Shown in pieces: positions 9,010 to 17,986 of a stretch of 32,807 nt of DNA. Position 1 is the stretch's first letter. Each line of letters opens with the position of its first letter. The translations under genes were made by a program, and so were the position numbers. Where the stretch lies: the NCBI GenBank assembly GCA_045586685.1, contig JAZNAU010000053.1, positions 1 through 32,807 on the forward strand. The letters run 5' to 3'. The notes under the pieces were generated by a model. That model did not search any database. It was not told the origin of the DNA and saw only the letters and a list, made by a program, of their open reading frames with translations. The DNA comes from Clostridia bacterium. GTDB taxonomy: Bacteria; Bacillota; Clostridia; HGM11514.

Positions 9010-10851
9010 ATGAAAGTTTATGATTTTTCAAACAGAGGCGGTATATCTGATGTTTTTACCATGACATGTAATTTCGGTGTTTATGATGGCTATGAGTGTA
9101 AAACAGAACAGAACGGGAATGGGTTTGTTGCAAATTGGGAATCTTTTTGTGTGGAGGCTCACGGTTCCTGTTCAGAAGAGGTGTTTTCCAGATATGACAC
9201 TGTAAAGAACTGTTCTGAAACGGAAATGGTGATTTCTGATTATCAGTATCGTTTTTGTTTACAGGGGGAAGAATATGAAATTTATACCCAACAAAACAAC
9301 TGGCAAAACGAAAGTGCCGGTTGCTGGCAACCCCTGGTTACTTCTGTCAGAACAGGGTGTAGCGAAATTCGTGACAATGAAAGTGCAACGCCTTTTCTTG
9401 CTGTCTGGAACAAGCAGACAAACAAAGGAATTGCTTTTCATGTTTTGCCCAAATACGGCTGGCATATTACCGTTTCCAAACGAAGCAGTGCTAAATATCT
9501 TTATACCGTAATTGAAATTGGTACCAACGGTCATGGATTGAATTGGAAACTTCAGCCCGGGGAGCAGAAGGAATTGTGTGAAGTTTGGTATTATGAATTT
9601 GTAAATAAACTGAATTTCGACTCTCATAAGCTTCACCGACGTTTTTGTAAAGAGTATCCAAGAAGAACAATGCCTGTTCTTTATAATACATGGTTTACCT
9701 TTTTTGACTGTGTAAATTTTGACAGTATCCGCGAGCAAATAAAAGAAGCGGCAGAATTGGGCTGCGAATATTTTTTGCTGGATGCAGGTTGGTTTGGCCA
9801 CGGAACCTGGTGTGATTATATTGGCGATTGGGAAGAGAATTTGGAAGGCGGTTATCGGGGCCATATGAAAGATGTCTCTGATTGGATTCATGAGGCAGGT
9901 ATGAAATTCGGTCTTTGGTTGGAGCCTGAACGTGCTTTGAAACATGTTCCCATTGTGGCAGAGCATCCGGAATACTTCTTTGATAACGGACATGCTTACT
10001 TTTTGAATTTTGCAGACGAGAAGGCAAGAAACTACATCATTGACCTGACCCTTTATTTAATCGAAAAATATAAGATCGATATGATTAAGTTTGATTTTAA
10101 CGAATCCATTTCCTATGATAAAACAGGACAAGCGTTTTATGATTATCACCAAGGGCATCTTCAGTATATCAAAGCTTTGAAAGAGGCATATCCGGATATG
10201 TATCTGGAAAACTGTGCCTCCGGCGGATATCGGATGAATCTGGAACAAATGAAGTATTTTGACAGCTTCTGGTTTACAGATAATCAAAGCCTGTATGACG
10301 GGCTTCGTATTTATAAGGATACCTTGCATCGTCTGCCTCCCTGCGGAGTGGAAAAATGGGCGGCATTGGTCAGCGCAGACGGATTTGTTGCCGAATACGG
10401 TACTGAGGATAAAACTGTTCGTACTTTAGCAACCAATAACGCAACCTGGACTTCTGTCATCAGTGTTACCCCTGAGTATTTGAGAGGGTTTTTGACAGGA
10501 GGAATCCCGGGATTGACCTGTGACCTTACCAAAATTGACCCGAACTATAAAGCGCAGTTAAAGGATTTGATTTCAGATTATAAAAAAGAACGGGAATTCT
10601 GGAAAAATGCAGTTGGAAGAGTTATTTCAGATACTGAACAGCTTTTGGTGATTCAGTATGAAACAGAAGAGCAGATTAAACTTGTAGTCTATACTTATTT
10701 GGTAAAACAACTGACTCTGACTGTATTTCCTCAAATTACTGACGGAGAGTATGAACTGAACGGCGAAATATACAATCCTATTCAAGGAATTGAACTGAAT
10801 GACCCGAAGGATTTTTGCGCTTATTTTATCAATCTCAAGAAAAAAGATTGA
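9010..10851 (+). CDS. Alpha-galactosidase-like glycoside hydrolase (GH36)
   Basis: YNTW, FLLDAGWFG, KFGLWLEPE, IKFDFN (nucleophile Asp), ENCASGG, WFTDN. Confidence 0.9.
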   Translation: MKVYDFSNRGGISDVFTMTCNFGVYDGYECKTEQNGNGFVANWESFCVEAHGSCSEEVFSRYDTVKNCSETEMVISDYQYRFCLQGEEYEIYTQQNNWQNESAGCWQPLVTSVRTGCSEIRDNESATPFLAVWNKQTNKGIAFHVLPKYGWHITVSKRSSAKYLYTVIEIGTNGHGLNWKLQPGEQKELCEVWYYEFVNKLNFDSHKLHRRFCKEYPRRTMPVLYNTWFTFFDCVNFDSIREQIKEAAELGCEYFLLDAGWFGHGTWCDYIGDWEENLEGGYRGHMKDVSDWIHEAGMKFGLWLEPERALKHVPIVAEHPEYFFDNGHAYFLNFADEKARNYIIDLTLYLIEKYKIDMIKFDFNESISYDKTGQAFYDYHQGHLQYIKALKEAYPDMYLENCASGGYRMNLEQMKYFDSFWFTDNQSLYDGLRIYKDTLHRLPPCGVEKWAALVSADGFVAEYGTEDKTVRTLATNNATWTSVISVTPEYLRGFLTGGIPGLTCDLTKIDPNYKAQLKDLISDYKKEREFWKNAVGRVISDTEQLLVIQYETEEQIKLVVYTYLVKQLTLTVFPQITDGEYELNGEIYNPIQGIELNDPKDFCAYFINLKKKD

Positions 10852-10876
10852 CTTATTAAAAATAAAGTGATATAAT
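10848..10876 (+). promoter_or_regulatory. sigma-A promoter overlapping the GH36 stop codon
   Basis: TTGACT-N17-TATAAT with TG extension. Confidence 0.75.
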
Positions 10877-10908
10877 ATAGCTACTTATATAACAAAGAGG
10901 GAACGACT

Positions 10909-11481
10909 ATGAGAGAGAAGAAAAGCAAGCGAAAACGGTGGACGATTTTTCTCCTTGTTGTTTTTGCTTTGATAATCATTGGTGTAGTCTGTGCATTGCT
11001 TTCCGGCGGGTTGGTAAAGTTGGGCAGGGTCGCAATGGACAAAATGAATGTTGTTGAAAAGGTAAACAAAAAAATAGAATCCGGTGAATTACCGGAAAAA
11101 ATTGAGTTGCCCAAAGAAGTGATAGAGGAGTTAACCTCTCTTGAACAGGAATCTGACTCTGAACCAAAATTTGATTTTAAACCCCAGCCCAAAGCAACCA
11201 AGGAACCAACCACCCAAAGCGATGGTGTAATTGATTACAGTCAGGGGATTGATTTGTCTTATGCTTCGGCGATTGCTTCGGTTGCGAGCGGTGCAGATAT
11301 AGCATTGGCGTACAATACAGTGCTGGGGTGTTTGTCCGTGGCGGACAAAGTGCAGATTGCAGCCTACCTAAAAAACGGTCAGGAAGGCTCAGCCTATAAT
11401 TTAGTTGCATCCCGCCTTACAGGGAGCGCTTACGCTACATTGGCTGGACTTTACTATAAATATTTACCAATGGTACAATAA
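10909..11481 (+). CDS. Hypothetical membrane-anchored protein
   Basis: Basic N-terminus plus one hydrophobic helix, Pro/Lys/Glu linker, helical C-terminal part. Confidence 0.75.
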   Translation: MREKKSKRKRWTIFLLVVFALIIIGVVCALLSGGLVKLGRVAMDKMNVVEKVNKKIESGELPEKIELPKEVIEELTSLEQESDSEPKFDFKPQPKATKEPTTQSDGVIDYSQGIDLSYASAIASVASGADIALAYNTVLGCLSVADKVQIAAYLKNGQEGSAYNLVASRLTGSAYATLAGLYYKYLPMVQ

Positions 11482-11499
11482 AATAAAGGAGTCGATATT

Positions 11500-13200
11500 A
11501 TGAACAAAAAAATTTTATGCCTATGGTTAGCGGTAGTTATGGTGTTCCAGCTTGGAACAGCAGCATTTGCAGCAGATTTTTTTGAAAGTGTGGACACAAC
11601 TGCGAAAATGCAAATTGCAACAACCGAGGAAGGAATTAAAGAGTCCACAGGAAGCTCTGTCACTGTTACAAAAAAGGATTCTGATCCATTCCCTAAATTT
11701 GATTATCTTTGTACATTGAATATGGAGAATGTACGGAATAAATTTACAGAGTATTATACCAACTGGCAGAGCTTGTTAGGATATACAAATAACGATCCTG
11801 TGAAACTGGCAGAACTGAATGAAAGATTGGAAAATCTGCAGATTACAGGGGAATTTACCATTGAAATTACATATCCTAAATCCTTTGCTGTTCCAGCAGA
11901 ATTTTTAGAAAACGGTAATATGGCTGGATTTGATGACAATGCCAAGTTGATTTTTGGTAATGATGTCCGTGTTCTTGCGGAAGGAGAAACCGAAAATACC
12001 ATTACCATTACCGTTGATGTGGTTGGTAAGGAAAACGAAGGCACTCGCCCCGGATATGTTGTAGCAAAGGATTTGAATGATAATTTGAGCACCTACTTAA
12101 GTGACTTGACTTTAACCTGTATCGGTGCTCAGAGTTCAGAATACGGTACGTTTATGGTAACCGGTAAAATGACAGGATTTACTCTTGTGGAAAGCGGTTC
12201 TGTTGCGCTGAAGGTGGATTATCAGACAAACCCCGAAAAAGCAGTTGCTTATTGTACCATACTCAGAAAAGGAACTAGTACCGGTAGCGCAGATAAAGAT
12301 TACACCATTACATTTGATGTAGACGGCAATAAAGAAGTGATTGAACCTATTGATAAGGAAGCCAATGGAATCCTTAAAGTGGAAGAGTTGAAGATTCCCT
12401 ATAAAGACGGACACACCTTTGAAGGATGGTATACCGATAAGGAACTGACAAAAAAAGTAACGGATGATATAAAGATTACAAAGGATATTACCTTATATGC
12501 AAAATGGAAAAAAGCAGACAGTGCTGATAAACTGGATGCTGAGAACCACTATGCTTATATTGTAGGGTATCCGGAAGGTGATGTAAGACCGGAAAATCAT
12601 ATTGACCGTGAAGAAATTACAACCGTATTCTTCCGTCTCCTTCTTGATGAAGAAAGAGATCCGATCTACTGTAAAGAAAACAGCTTTACCGATGTTGAAG
12701 CAGGCCGTTGGTCCAATAATGCTATTTCTACCATGCAAAACGGTGGATTTGTATCTGGATATGAGGATGGCACCTTCCGTCCTGATGAATACATCACAAG
12801 AGCAGAGTTTGCTACCATCGCATCTCATATGGATGCCATGAACGAAAATGCAACCCATAACTTTAGTGATGTTGCAGGTCACTGGGCAGAAAAATATATT
12901 GCCGATGCAGTATCCAAGGGCTGGATTGCGGGCTACGAAGATGGTACCTTCCGTCCTGATGACTATATTACAAGAGCAGAAGCGATGACTATTATTAACA
13001 GAATGTTGCTCCGTTTTGTTAATGCAGAAGGCTTACATGCAGATGCAATTAAATGGCCTGATAACTCTGTGAACGAGTGGTATTACTACGCCGTTGAAGA
13101 AGCTACCAACTCTCATAATTACGAAAGACAGGCAGACGGTGTGTACGAAACATGGACTGAACTGACTCCCAACAGAAATTGGTTGGAGTTGGAACGGTAA
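11500..13200 (+). CDS. Secreted S-layer homology (SLH) domain protein with an InlB B-repeat-like domain
   Basis: Signal peptide ending AAFA; FEGWYTD..ITLYAKW repeat; three SLH motifs (GYPEGDVRP, GYEDGTFRPD twice, ITRAE). Confidence 0.9.
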   Translation: MNKKILCLWLAVVMVFQLGTAAFAADFFESVDTTAKMQIATTEEGIKESTGSSVTVTKKDSDPFPKFDYLCTLNMENVRNKFTEYYTNWQSLLGYTNNDPVKLAELNERLENLQITGEFTIEITYPKSFAVPAEFLENGNMAGFDDNAKLIFGNDVRVLAEGETENTITITVDVVGKENEGTRPGYVVAKDLNDNLSTYLSDLTLTCIGAQSSEYGTFMVTGKMTGFTLVESGSVALKVDYQTNPEKAVAYCTILRKGTSTGSADKDYTITFDVDGNKEVIEPIDKEANGILKVEELKIPYKDGHTFEGWYTDKELTKKVTDDIKITKDITLYAKWKKADSADKLDAENHYAYIVGYPEGDVRPENHIDREEITTVFFRLLLDEERDPIYCKENSFTDVEAGRWSNNAISTMQNGGFVSGYEDGTFRPDEYITRAEFATIASHMDAMNENATHNFSDVAGHWAEKYIADAVSKGWIAGYEDGTFRPDDYITRAEAMTIINRMLLRFVNAEGLHADAIKWPDNSVNEWYYYAVEEATNSHNYERQADGVYETWTELTPNRNWLELER

Positions 13201-13236
13201 GGAATCCATATCGAAATACAAACAGGAAATAGTAGC

Positions 13237-13283
13237 AACCGCAAGGAAAACAAAATTGTTTCCTTGCGGTTACTTGCTTTTAT
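13237..13283 (+). terminator. Intrinsic terminator after the SLH gene
   Basis: 13-bp stem AACCGCAAGGAAA / TTTCCTTGCGGTT followed by T-rich sequence. Confidence 0.7.
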
Positions 13284-13308
13284 ATTGAAGAAAAGGGAGT
13301 CGACCTCC

Positions 13309-14262
13309 ATGAATCAAGCATTATTGGATTTGTTGCAGGAATCTGCAGAATTTTGCTCCGGTAAGACAATCAGCAGTTGCTTAAGTATGAGCCAAATGGC
13401 AGTGTGGAAGGAAATTAGAAAACTAAAGAACACGGGCTATGACATTCAGGTCCGCCCCCGCATGGGATACCGTCTGAAAAAAGGATATCTAAATCCTTCT
13501 GTCATTTCCGTTCTTTTAAAGACGAAAAAGAAGATTTTTGCCACCGCCTGTATCTCTTCTACCAATGATTGGGCGGCAAGTATGAGCGGGAAAACGGAGG
13601 AGGGAAGCCTTTTTTTGGCAGAGCGACAAACCAAAGGGCGTGGCAGACAGGGGAGACAATGGGAATCTCCCTTTGGAGAAGGATTGTTTTTGTCTGTTTT
13701 GGAATATCCTGATTTACCTCCTTGTCAGGTGATGAAGCTTACCTTATGTGCGGGAATGGCGGTCTGTAAAGGGATTGAGGATGTGACGGGACTGTCTCCT
13801 CAAATCAAGTGGCCCAATGATATTGTGCTGGAAGGAAAGAAAGTGAGCGGGATTTTAGCGGAAATGAGGACGGATGCAGAACGGATGGTTCATGTGGTGA
13901 TTGGTATTGGAGTGAATGTAAATCAGACCAAATTTTCAAAAGAATTAAATGAAATTGCCACTTCGTTAAAACTTATAACAGGAAAAGAATGGGACAAAAA
14001 TTATCTTGTTGCTGCGATTTGTAATCGAATAGCGGAATATGAAGAAATGTTACGGAACAACTGTTTTCCTATGGAGGAGTATAGGAAACGTTGCGTGACC
14101 TTAGGTTGTGAAGTTCGTGTTATAAGGGTAGATTCGGAATACTCCGCAAAAGCCTTGACGGTTACGGAAGACGGAGGATTGGTGGTGCTATTGCCTGATG
14201 GAACACAGAAAAAGGTTACCTCGGGAGAGGTGTCTGTTCGGGGGTTGTTTGGATATGTATGA
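13309..14262 (+). CDS. birA: Bifunctional biotin-protein ligase/repressor
   Basis: N-terminal HTH (SG..IS..L.MSQMAVWKEI), STND, QTKGRGRQGRQW, KWPND, KVSGIL, SGEVS; start moved to ATG 13309. Confidence 0.95.
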   Translation: MNQALLDLLQESAEFCSGKTISSCLSMSQMAVWKEIRKLKNTGYDIQVRPRMGYRLKKGYLNPSVISVLLKTKKKIFATACISSTNDWAASMSGKTEEGSLFLAERQTKGRGRQGRQWESPFGEGLFLSVLEYPDLPPCQVMKLTLCAGMAVCKGIEDVTGLSPQIKWPNDIVLEGKKVSGILAEMRTDAERMVHVVIGIGVNVNQTKFSKELNEIATSLKLITGKEWDKNYLVAAICNRIAEYEEMLRNNCFPMEEYRKRCVTLGCEVRVIRVDSEYSAKALTVTEDGGLVVLLPDGTQKKVTSGEVSVRGLFGYV

Positions 14263-14289
14263 TTCATTTAGGGTCAGACGTTTTTTGTC

Positions 14290-14318
14290 TTGACAGATGG
14301 AAGAAAAAGGAGTATAAT
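14290..14318 (+). promoter_or_regulatory. Consensus sigma-A promoter of the RAYT-like gene
   Basis: TTGACA(14290)-N17-TATAAT(14313); the ORF-track start codon is actually this -35 box. Confidence 0.85.
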
Positions 14319-14349
14319 AAAGGTAAGTCTTAAAAAAGGAGTGGTTTTT

Positions 14350-15105
14350 TTGAGCAGACCGGTAAGAGAAATCAGCCCTACGGGAATGTATCATATTGTG
14401 GTTCGTGGATTGGACGGATTACAATTATTTGGTGAGCCCATAGAGTTTGATTATTTCCTGAAACAGTTAGAGCAGGTGTCAGAGGGATTTCGGGTGTATG
14501 CCTATTGCTTGCTTTCCAATGAAATTCAGTTGTTTGTTCGGGAATCGGAAGAAGGAATGGTGCCTGAAATGATGCGTCGTTTGTTGACCCGTTATGCGGG
14601 CTGGTATAACAGAAAGCATCAACGTCGCGGAAGTGTGACGGAGGGACGTTACCAATGTGCTCCTGTTGCGGTTGGGGATGAGTCCAGTCTGATTCGATCC
14701 ATTCATCAACTGTCTGGAGATTGCTTTGGCTATGCTTACAGTAGTTTTCATTCTTATCAAGAGGGACAACAACGGTATCTTTCAACTTGGTTTGAAGGGG
14801 ATGTGATTGCCTTTCACCGTCAGTCAGAAAATCGTGATTTTACCATCCGTCCCAGTGGAAAACTGACAGACCATCAGGTGAAGGAACAGGTGGAGCTGTT
14901 TTGTAATGAACGGGGGATTTCGGATTGGAACCGTCTTTCCAAAGAGGACAGAGATTTGGCTTTGCGTGATTTAAGAGAACGGTTTTCTATCGGTCAGTTG
15001 CAGACTGCTACGGGAATATCGAGAGGAATTATTGCCAGATGTACCCGACAAAAGCAGGAGCAGATACGAAACAATCCTCGTCAGATGGAATCCTTCTTGC
15101 TGTAG
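14350..15105 (+). CDS. REP-associated tyrosine transposase (RAYT, Y1 HUH)-like protein with catalytic residues substituted
   Basis: TTG start after AAGGAG. MSRPVR..S.TG.YHI.VRG, AYCLL.N, YA.WYNRKH.R.G and a C-terminal HTH (SI.QL..ATGISRGII) match RAYTs, but NHxH reads NEIQ and RYIHQNP reads RSIHQLS. Confidence 0.8.
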   Translation: MSRPVREISPTGMYHIVVRGLDGLQLFGEPIEFDYFLKQLEQVSEGFRVYAYCLLSNEIQLFVRESEEGMVPEMMRRLLTRYAGWYNRKHQRRGSVTEGRYQCAPVAVGDESSLIRSIHQLSGDCFGYAYSSFHSYQEGQQRYLSTWFEGDVIAFHRQSENRDFTIRPSGKLTDHQVKEQVELFCNERGISDWNRLSKEDRDLALRDLRERFSIGQLQTATGISRGIIARCTRQKQEQIRNNPRQMESFLL

Positions 15106-15159
15106 TTTAATCGGTAAAGGAGGAACGGTTTTTTCACAGCCGACAGAAGGGATGATAAC

Positions 15160-15999
15160 ATGAAGGGGCTGATTTTAGAAGGCGGTGCCATGCGAGGCAT
15201 GTTTACCGCAGGGGTCATTGATGTTATGCTGGAGCATGAAATTGAATATGACGGTGTGGTTGGAGTTTCTGCGGGTGCGGCATTTGGCTGTAACTATAAA
15301 TCCAAGCAGATTGGCAGAGCGATTCGCTACAATAAGCGGTTTTGCAAAGACCCTCGGTATTGCAGTATTCGTTCTTTGATTCGTACGGGAGATTTATATG
15401 GTGCAGATTTTTGTTACCGTGAGCTTCCCGAAAGCTTAGATGTGTTTGACAACGAAACCTTCAATGCCAACCCCTTAAAATTCTATGCCGTATCCACCAA
15501 TGTGGACACGGGGAAACCGTTTTATTATTTATGCGAGGATGGGCAAAAATGCTTACCTTATCTTCGGGGGTCCGCATCTATGCCTTTGGTATCCCGAGTG
15601 GTGGAGATTGATGGTTTGAGACTGTTGGACGGAGGTATTGCAGATCCTGTTCCTTTGACGTTTTTTGAAAGACAGGGATATGAAAAAAATGTCATTGTCC
15701 TGACTCAGCCAAAGGAATACAGAAAAAGAAAAGAAACATTACTTCCGTTGATGAAAGTAACCATGAAACGGTATCCTAAAATAGTAGAGGTTATGGGAAA
15801 ACGGCATGAGGAATATAATAAAGTCGTTGAAGAGATTAACCGCAAAGAAGAAGGGGGCGAGGTTTTTGTGATTCGACCCTTGCAAAAACTGAATGTAGGA
15901 CGGATTGAACACAATCCCCATAAACTCCAGAAGGCGTATGACATGGGCAGAAGCACCATGCTATCACGTATGGAGGAGTTAAAGAGCTATTTGAATTGA
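15160..15999 (+). CDS. Patatin-like phospholipase family protein
   Basis: LEGGAMRG, GVSAGA, SASMP, DGG motifs. Confidence 0.93.
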   Translation: MKGLILEGGAMRGMFTAGVIDVMLEHEIEYDGVVGVSAGAAFGCNYKSKQIGRAIRYNKRFCKDPRYCSIRSLIRTGDLYGADFCYRELPESLDVFDNETFNANPLKFYAVSTNVDTGKPFYYLCEDGQKCLPYLRGSASMPLVSRVVEIDGLRLLDGGIADPVPLTFFERQGYEKNVIVLTQPKEYRKRKETLLPLMKVTMKRYPKIVEVMGKRHEEYNKVVEEINRKEEGGEVFVIRPLQKLNVGRIEHNPHKLQKAYDMGRSTMLSRMEELKSYLN

Positions 16000-16031
16000 A
16001 AAAAAGGCTCCCGATTGAGGGAAGCCTTTTT
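15999..16031. terminator. Bidirectional intrinsic terminator
   Basis: AAAAAGGCTCCC..GGGAAGCCTTTTT between convergent genes. Confidence 0.8.
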
Positions 16032-16035
16032 CTGT

Positions 16036-16239
16036 TTAGTTTCCAGCTAAATAATTGTTGATTTTTGTAATCAACTGGTTAACGTCTGCTCCGTGAATGG
16101 CACAAGCATCCTCGATGCTTTCCCCGCTGGCGGAAGGACAGCCTAAGCAGTGCATTCCGATTTCTAAGAAAAATTCAGCGGTGCCGGGATCCAATGCCAG
16201 AACATCAGCAATAATCATATCTTTTGTTACAGTTGTCAT
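16036..16239 (-). CDS. DUF1858 domain protein
   Basis: VTKDMII, GMHCLGCPSASGESIEDAC..HG; start at ATG 16239 after GAGG. Confidence 0.9.
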   Translation of the reverse strand: MTTVTKDMIIADVLALDPGTAEFFLEIGMHCLGCPSASGESIEDACAIHGADVNQLITKINNYLAGN

Positions 16240-16310
16240 AATAAATACCTCTTTCTGCCCTGAAAGTAAATTGTTTTCCGACAAGGGCAAGCCGGAATTT
16301 GTACAACATT

Positions 16311-16339
16311 ATTATACACTATTTTTTTCTCTTTTGCAA
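16311..16339 (-). promoter_or_regulatory. sigma-A promoter of the DUF1858 gene
   Basis: TTGCAA-N17-TATAAT on the minus strand. Confidence 0.7.
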
Positions 16340-16349
16340 GAAAAATTTA

Positions 16350-17039
16350 TCATTCTAAAAATCCCCGTAGTTTTTCTACCGTTCTGATGGGTGCGTCCTT
16401 GGAGTTTCCCCAGGGAAGGGATTCGTTTTTGTAATCAAATTTTTGAGTAAACCAGTGAATTTCTTCTTTTATTCTTGCCATCTCTCTTTTTTCTATGGTA
16501 ATTATCTGATTGCAAAATTCATTTGCTTCTTTTTTTGATAAGAATTTTGCGGATTCTTTCAATAATCGATTGAAGTGAGGCAGACAAAAGCCTTTGCAGT
16601 TGTTAAATTTCTTGGAAAATTCAGGGTTTTTCTTCCACATATAGAAAATGACATCCATATATTTGTTCATCACAAATTTTATTTTGTCACAAGCAACACA
16701 GGTTTTTTCTGTCTGTTCCAGTTCTTTTTTGATTGTCTCTGTTTGGGGTGATTTGGAAAGTAGGGTGGTTTTGTTTAAAATTTCGTTTAGAGTATCTATG
16801 TGTGTGTCCAAAACCAATGCCAAAGGCAATTTGTTTTGTGCATCAAAAAGCAGTCGGTAATGATGGGCACAAAATCCTTTTTTGTTGGTCTTAATCCGAA
16901 AATCAGGTTCCATCATGGCGGGACCCAACACAAATTCTACGGTGTTTTTTTCCAAATTCCGTTCCAACACACAGACAGGACATTCGCAATCCCGGTCAAA
17001 GGCTTCGTTGACGGGAATTTCATAAATTTTTTCCTTCAT
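16350..17039 (-). CDS. DUF6062 family protein (Cys/His-rich, probable metal binding)
   Basis: MKEKIYEIPVNEAF..CECPVC, GFC.HH, C..C, GFCLPHF; start at ATG 17039 after AAGGA. Confidence 0.8.
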   Translation of the reverse strand: MKEKIYEIPVNEAFDRDCECPVCVLERNLEKNTVEFVLGPAMMEPDFRIKTNKKGFCAHHYRLLFDAQNKLPLALVLDTHIDTLNEILNKTTLLSKSPQTETIKKELEQTEKTCVACDKIKFVMNKYMDVIFYMWKKNPEFSKKFNNCKGFCLPHFNRLLKESAKFLSKKEANEFCNQIITIEKREMARIKEEIHWFTQKFDYKNESLPWGNSKDAPIRTVEKLRGFLE

Positions 17040-17085
17040 GAATTCAGTTCCTTTCTGCCTTTTTCTTGGCGGGAGGGGTAATTTT

Positions 17086-17114
17086 ATTATATCAGAATTC
17101 TCTAAAAAAAACAA
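17086..17114 (-). promoter_or_regulatory. Probable extended -10 sigma-A promoter of the DUF6062 gene
   Basis: TTGTTT-N17-TATAAT with TG extension. Confidence 0.55.
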
Positions 17115-17191
17115 TAGATTTCCCTATATTTGCAAATAAAGAAAGGATTTTAGTGAAAAAAGGAGAAATTTTAACACGGGAGTGAATAATC

Positions 17192-17797
17192 ATGACTGAA
17201 GTCACTATAGCAAATTGCAGTTGTTTTACTAATCAGGAATTATTTTTTAAGGGCATGGAAGTAGTTTCTCATGACCGACAAAAGAAAGTGAACCAAGCCA
17301 AGAGTTTGCAAGGGAAGATTCAACGTCTTGGGGCGGGAGTGTTATTAAATCATGTCCTGAAAAAACAGAATCTTTCTGAACGGGACATGGAATATAGCGT
17401 AGATTCCTTTGGAAAACCGGTTTTTTCCAACTGTTCTGATTTGCATTTTAACCTGTCCCATTCGGGGGATTGGGTGATTTGTGCATTGAGTGACAGGCAG
17501 GTGGGTGCAGATGTGCAAGTGATTTCGGAGTATCAAAAAAGAATTGCGGAACGTTGCTTTTCCCAGCAAGATGTAGCATATTTAATGAAATTGTCAGGGG
17601 AGGTACAGAATAGAGAATTTACAAGACTGTGGGCACGAAAAGAAGCCCGAGTGAAATATTTTGGTACATGGAAGGGGGAGGATCCTTCCCCCCCTGTTGT
17701 TGATTATTTGAAACTTGATGAGGTGAGAATCAGTGTTTGTACTTATGATACTCCCATTTTCCGTTACATTAAGGATATTTCCAATGGTCTTTTTTAA
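17192..17797 (+). CDS. 4'-phosphopantetheinyl transferase (Sfp type)
   Basis: GKP, FNLSHSG, VGADVQ, FTRLWARKEA..K. Confidence 0.88.
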   Translation: MTEVTIANCSCFTNQELFFKGMEVVSHDRQKKVNQAKSLQGKIQRLGAGVLLNHVLKKQNLSERDMEYSVDSFGKPVFSNCSDLHFNLSHSGDWVICALSDRQVGADVQVISEYQKRIAERCFSQQDVAYLMKLSGEVQNREFTRLWARKEARVKYFGTWKGEDPSPPVVDYLKLDEVRISVCTYDTPIFRYIKDISNGLF

Positions 17798-17803
17798 ATG
17801 GTG

Positions 17804-17848
17804 AGGGGTTGTGGCAAAATGGTTTTATTTTGCTACAGCTCTTTTTTA
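17804..17848 (+). terminator. Intrinsic terminator
   Basis: GGGGTTGTGGCAAAAT / ATTTTGCTACAGCTCT stem (several G-U pairs) followed by a T run. Confidence 0.7.
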
Positions 17849-17912
17849 TCGGAAATTGTTGACCACGTTGCTTGAAAAAATGAAAAATTTTCAAGAAATT
17901 CTTAAAAAACCC

Positions 17913-17941
17913 TTGACAAAATGATAAAATCGTGGTATTTT
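17913..17941 (+). promoter_or_regulatory. sigma-A promoter of the hrcA-dnaK operon
   Basis: TTGACA-N17-TATTTT with TG extension, immediately upstream of CIRCE. Confidence 0.75.
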
Positions 17942-17945
17942 TAAA

Positions 17946-17972
17946 TTAGCACTCAAAACAAGAGAGTGCTAA
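17946..17972 (+). promoter_or_regulatory. CIRCE element (HrcA operator)
   Basis: Exact TTAGCACTC-N9-GAGTGCTAA. Confidence 0.98.
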
Positions 17973-17986
17973 TTTGAGAAAAAGCG

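Noticed and set aside
12760-12980. DNA-level direct repeat in the SLH gene
   Set aside because: Explained by ordinary SLH domain duplication (GYEDGTFRPD..ITRAE twice).
14263-15159. Active IS200/IS605 or REPtron element
   Set aside because: No tnpB, no flanking REP arrays or clear terminal hairpins, and the catalytic residues are missing.
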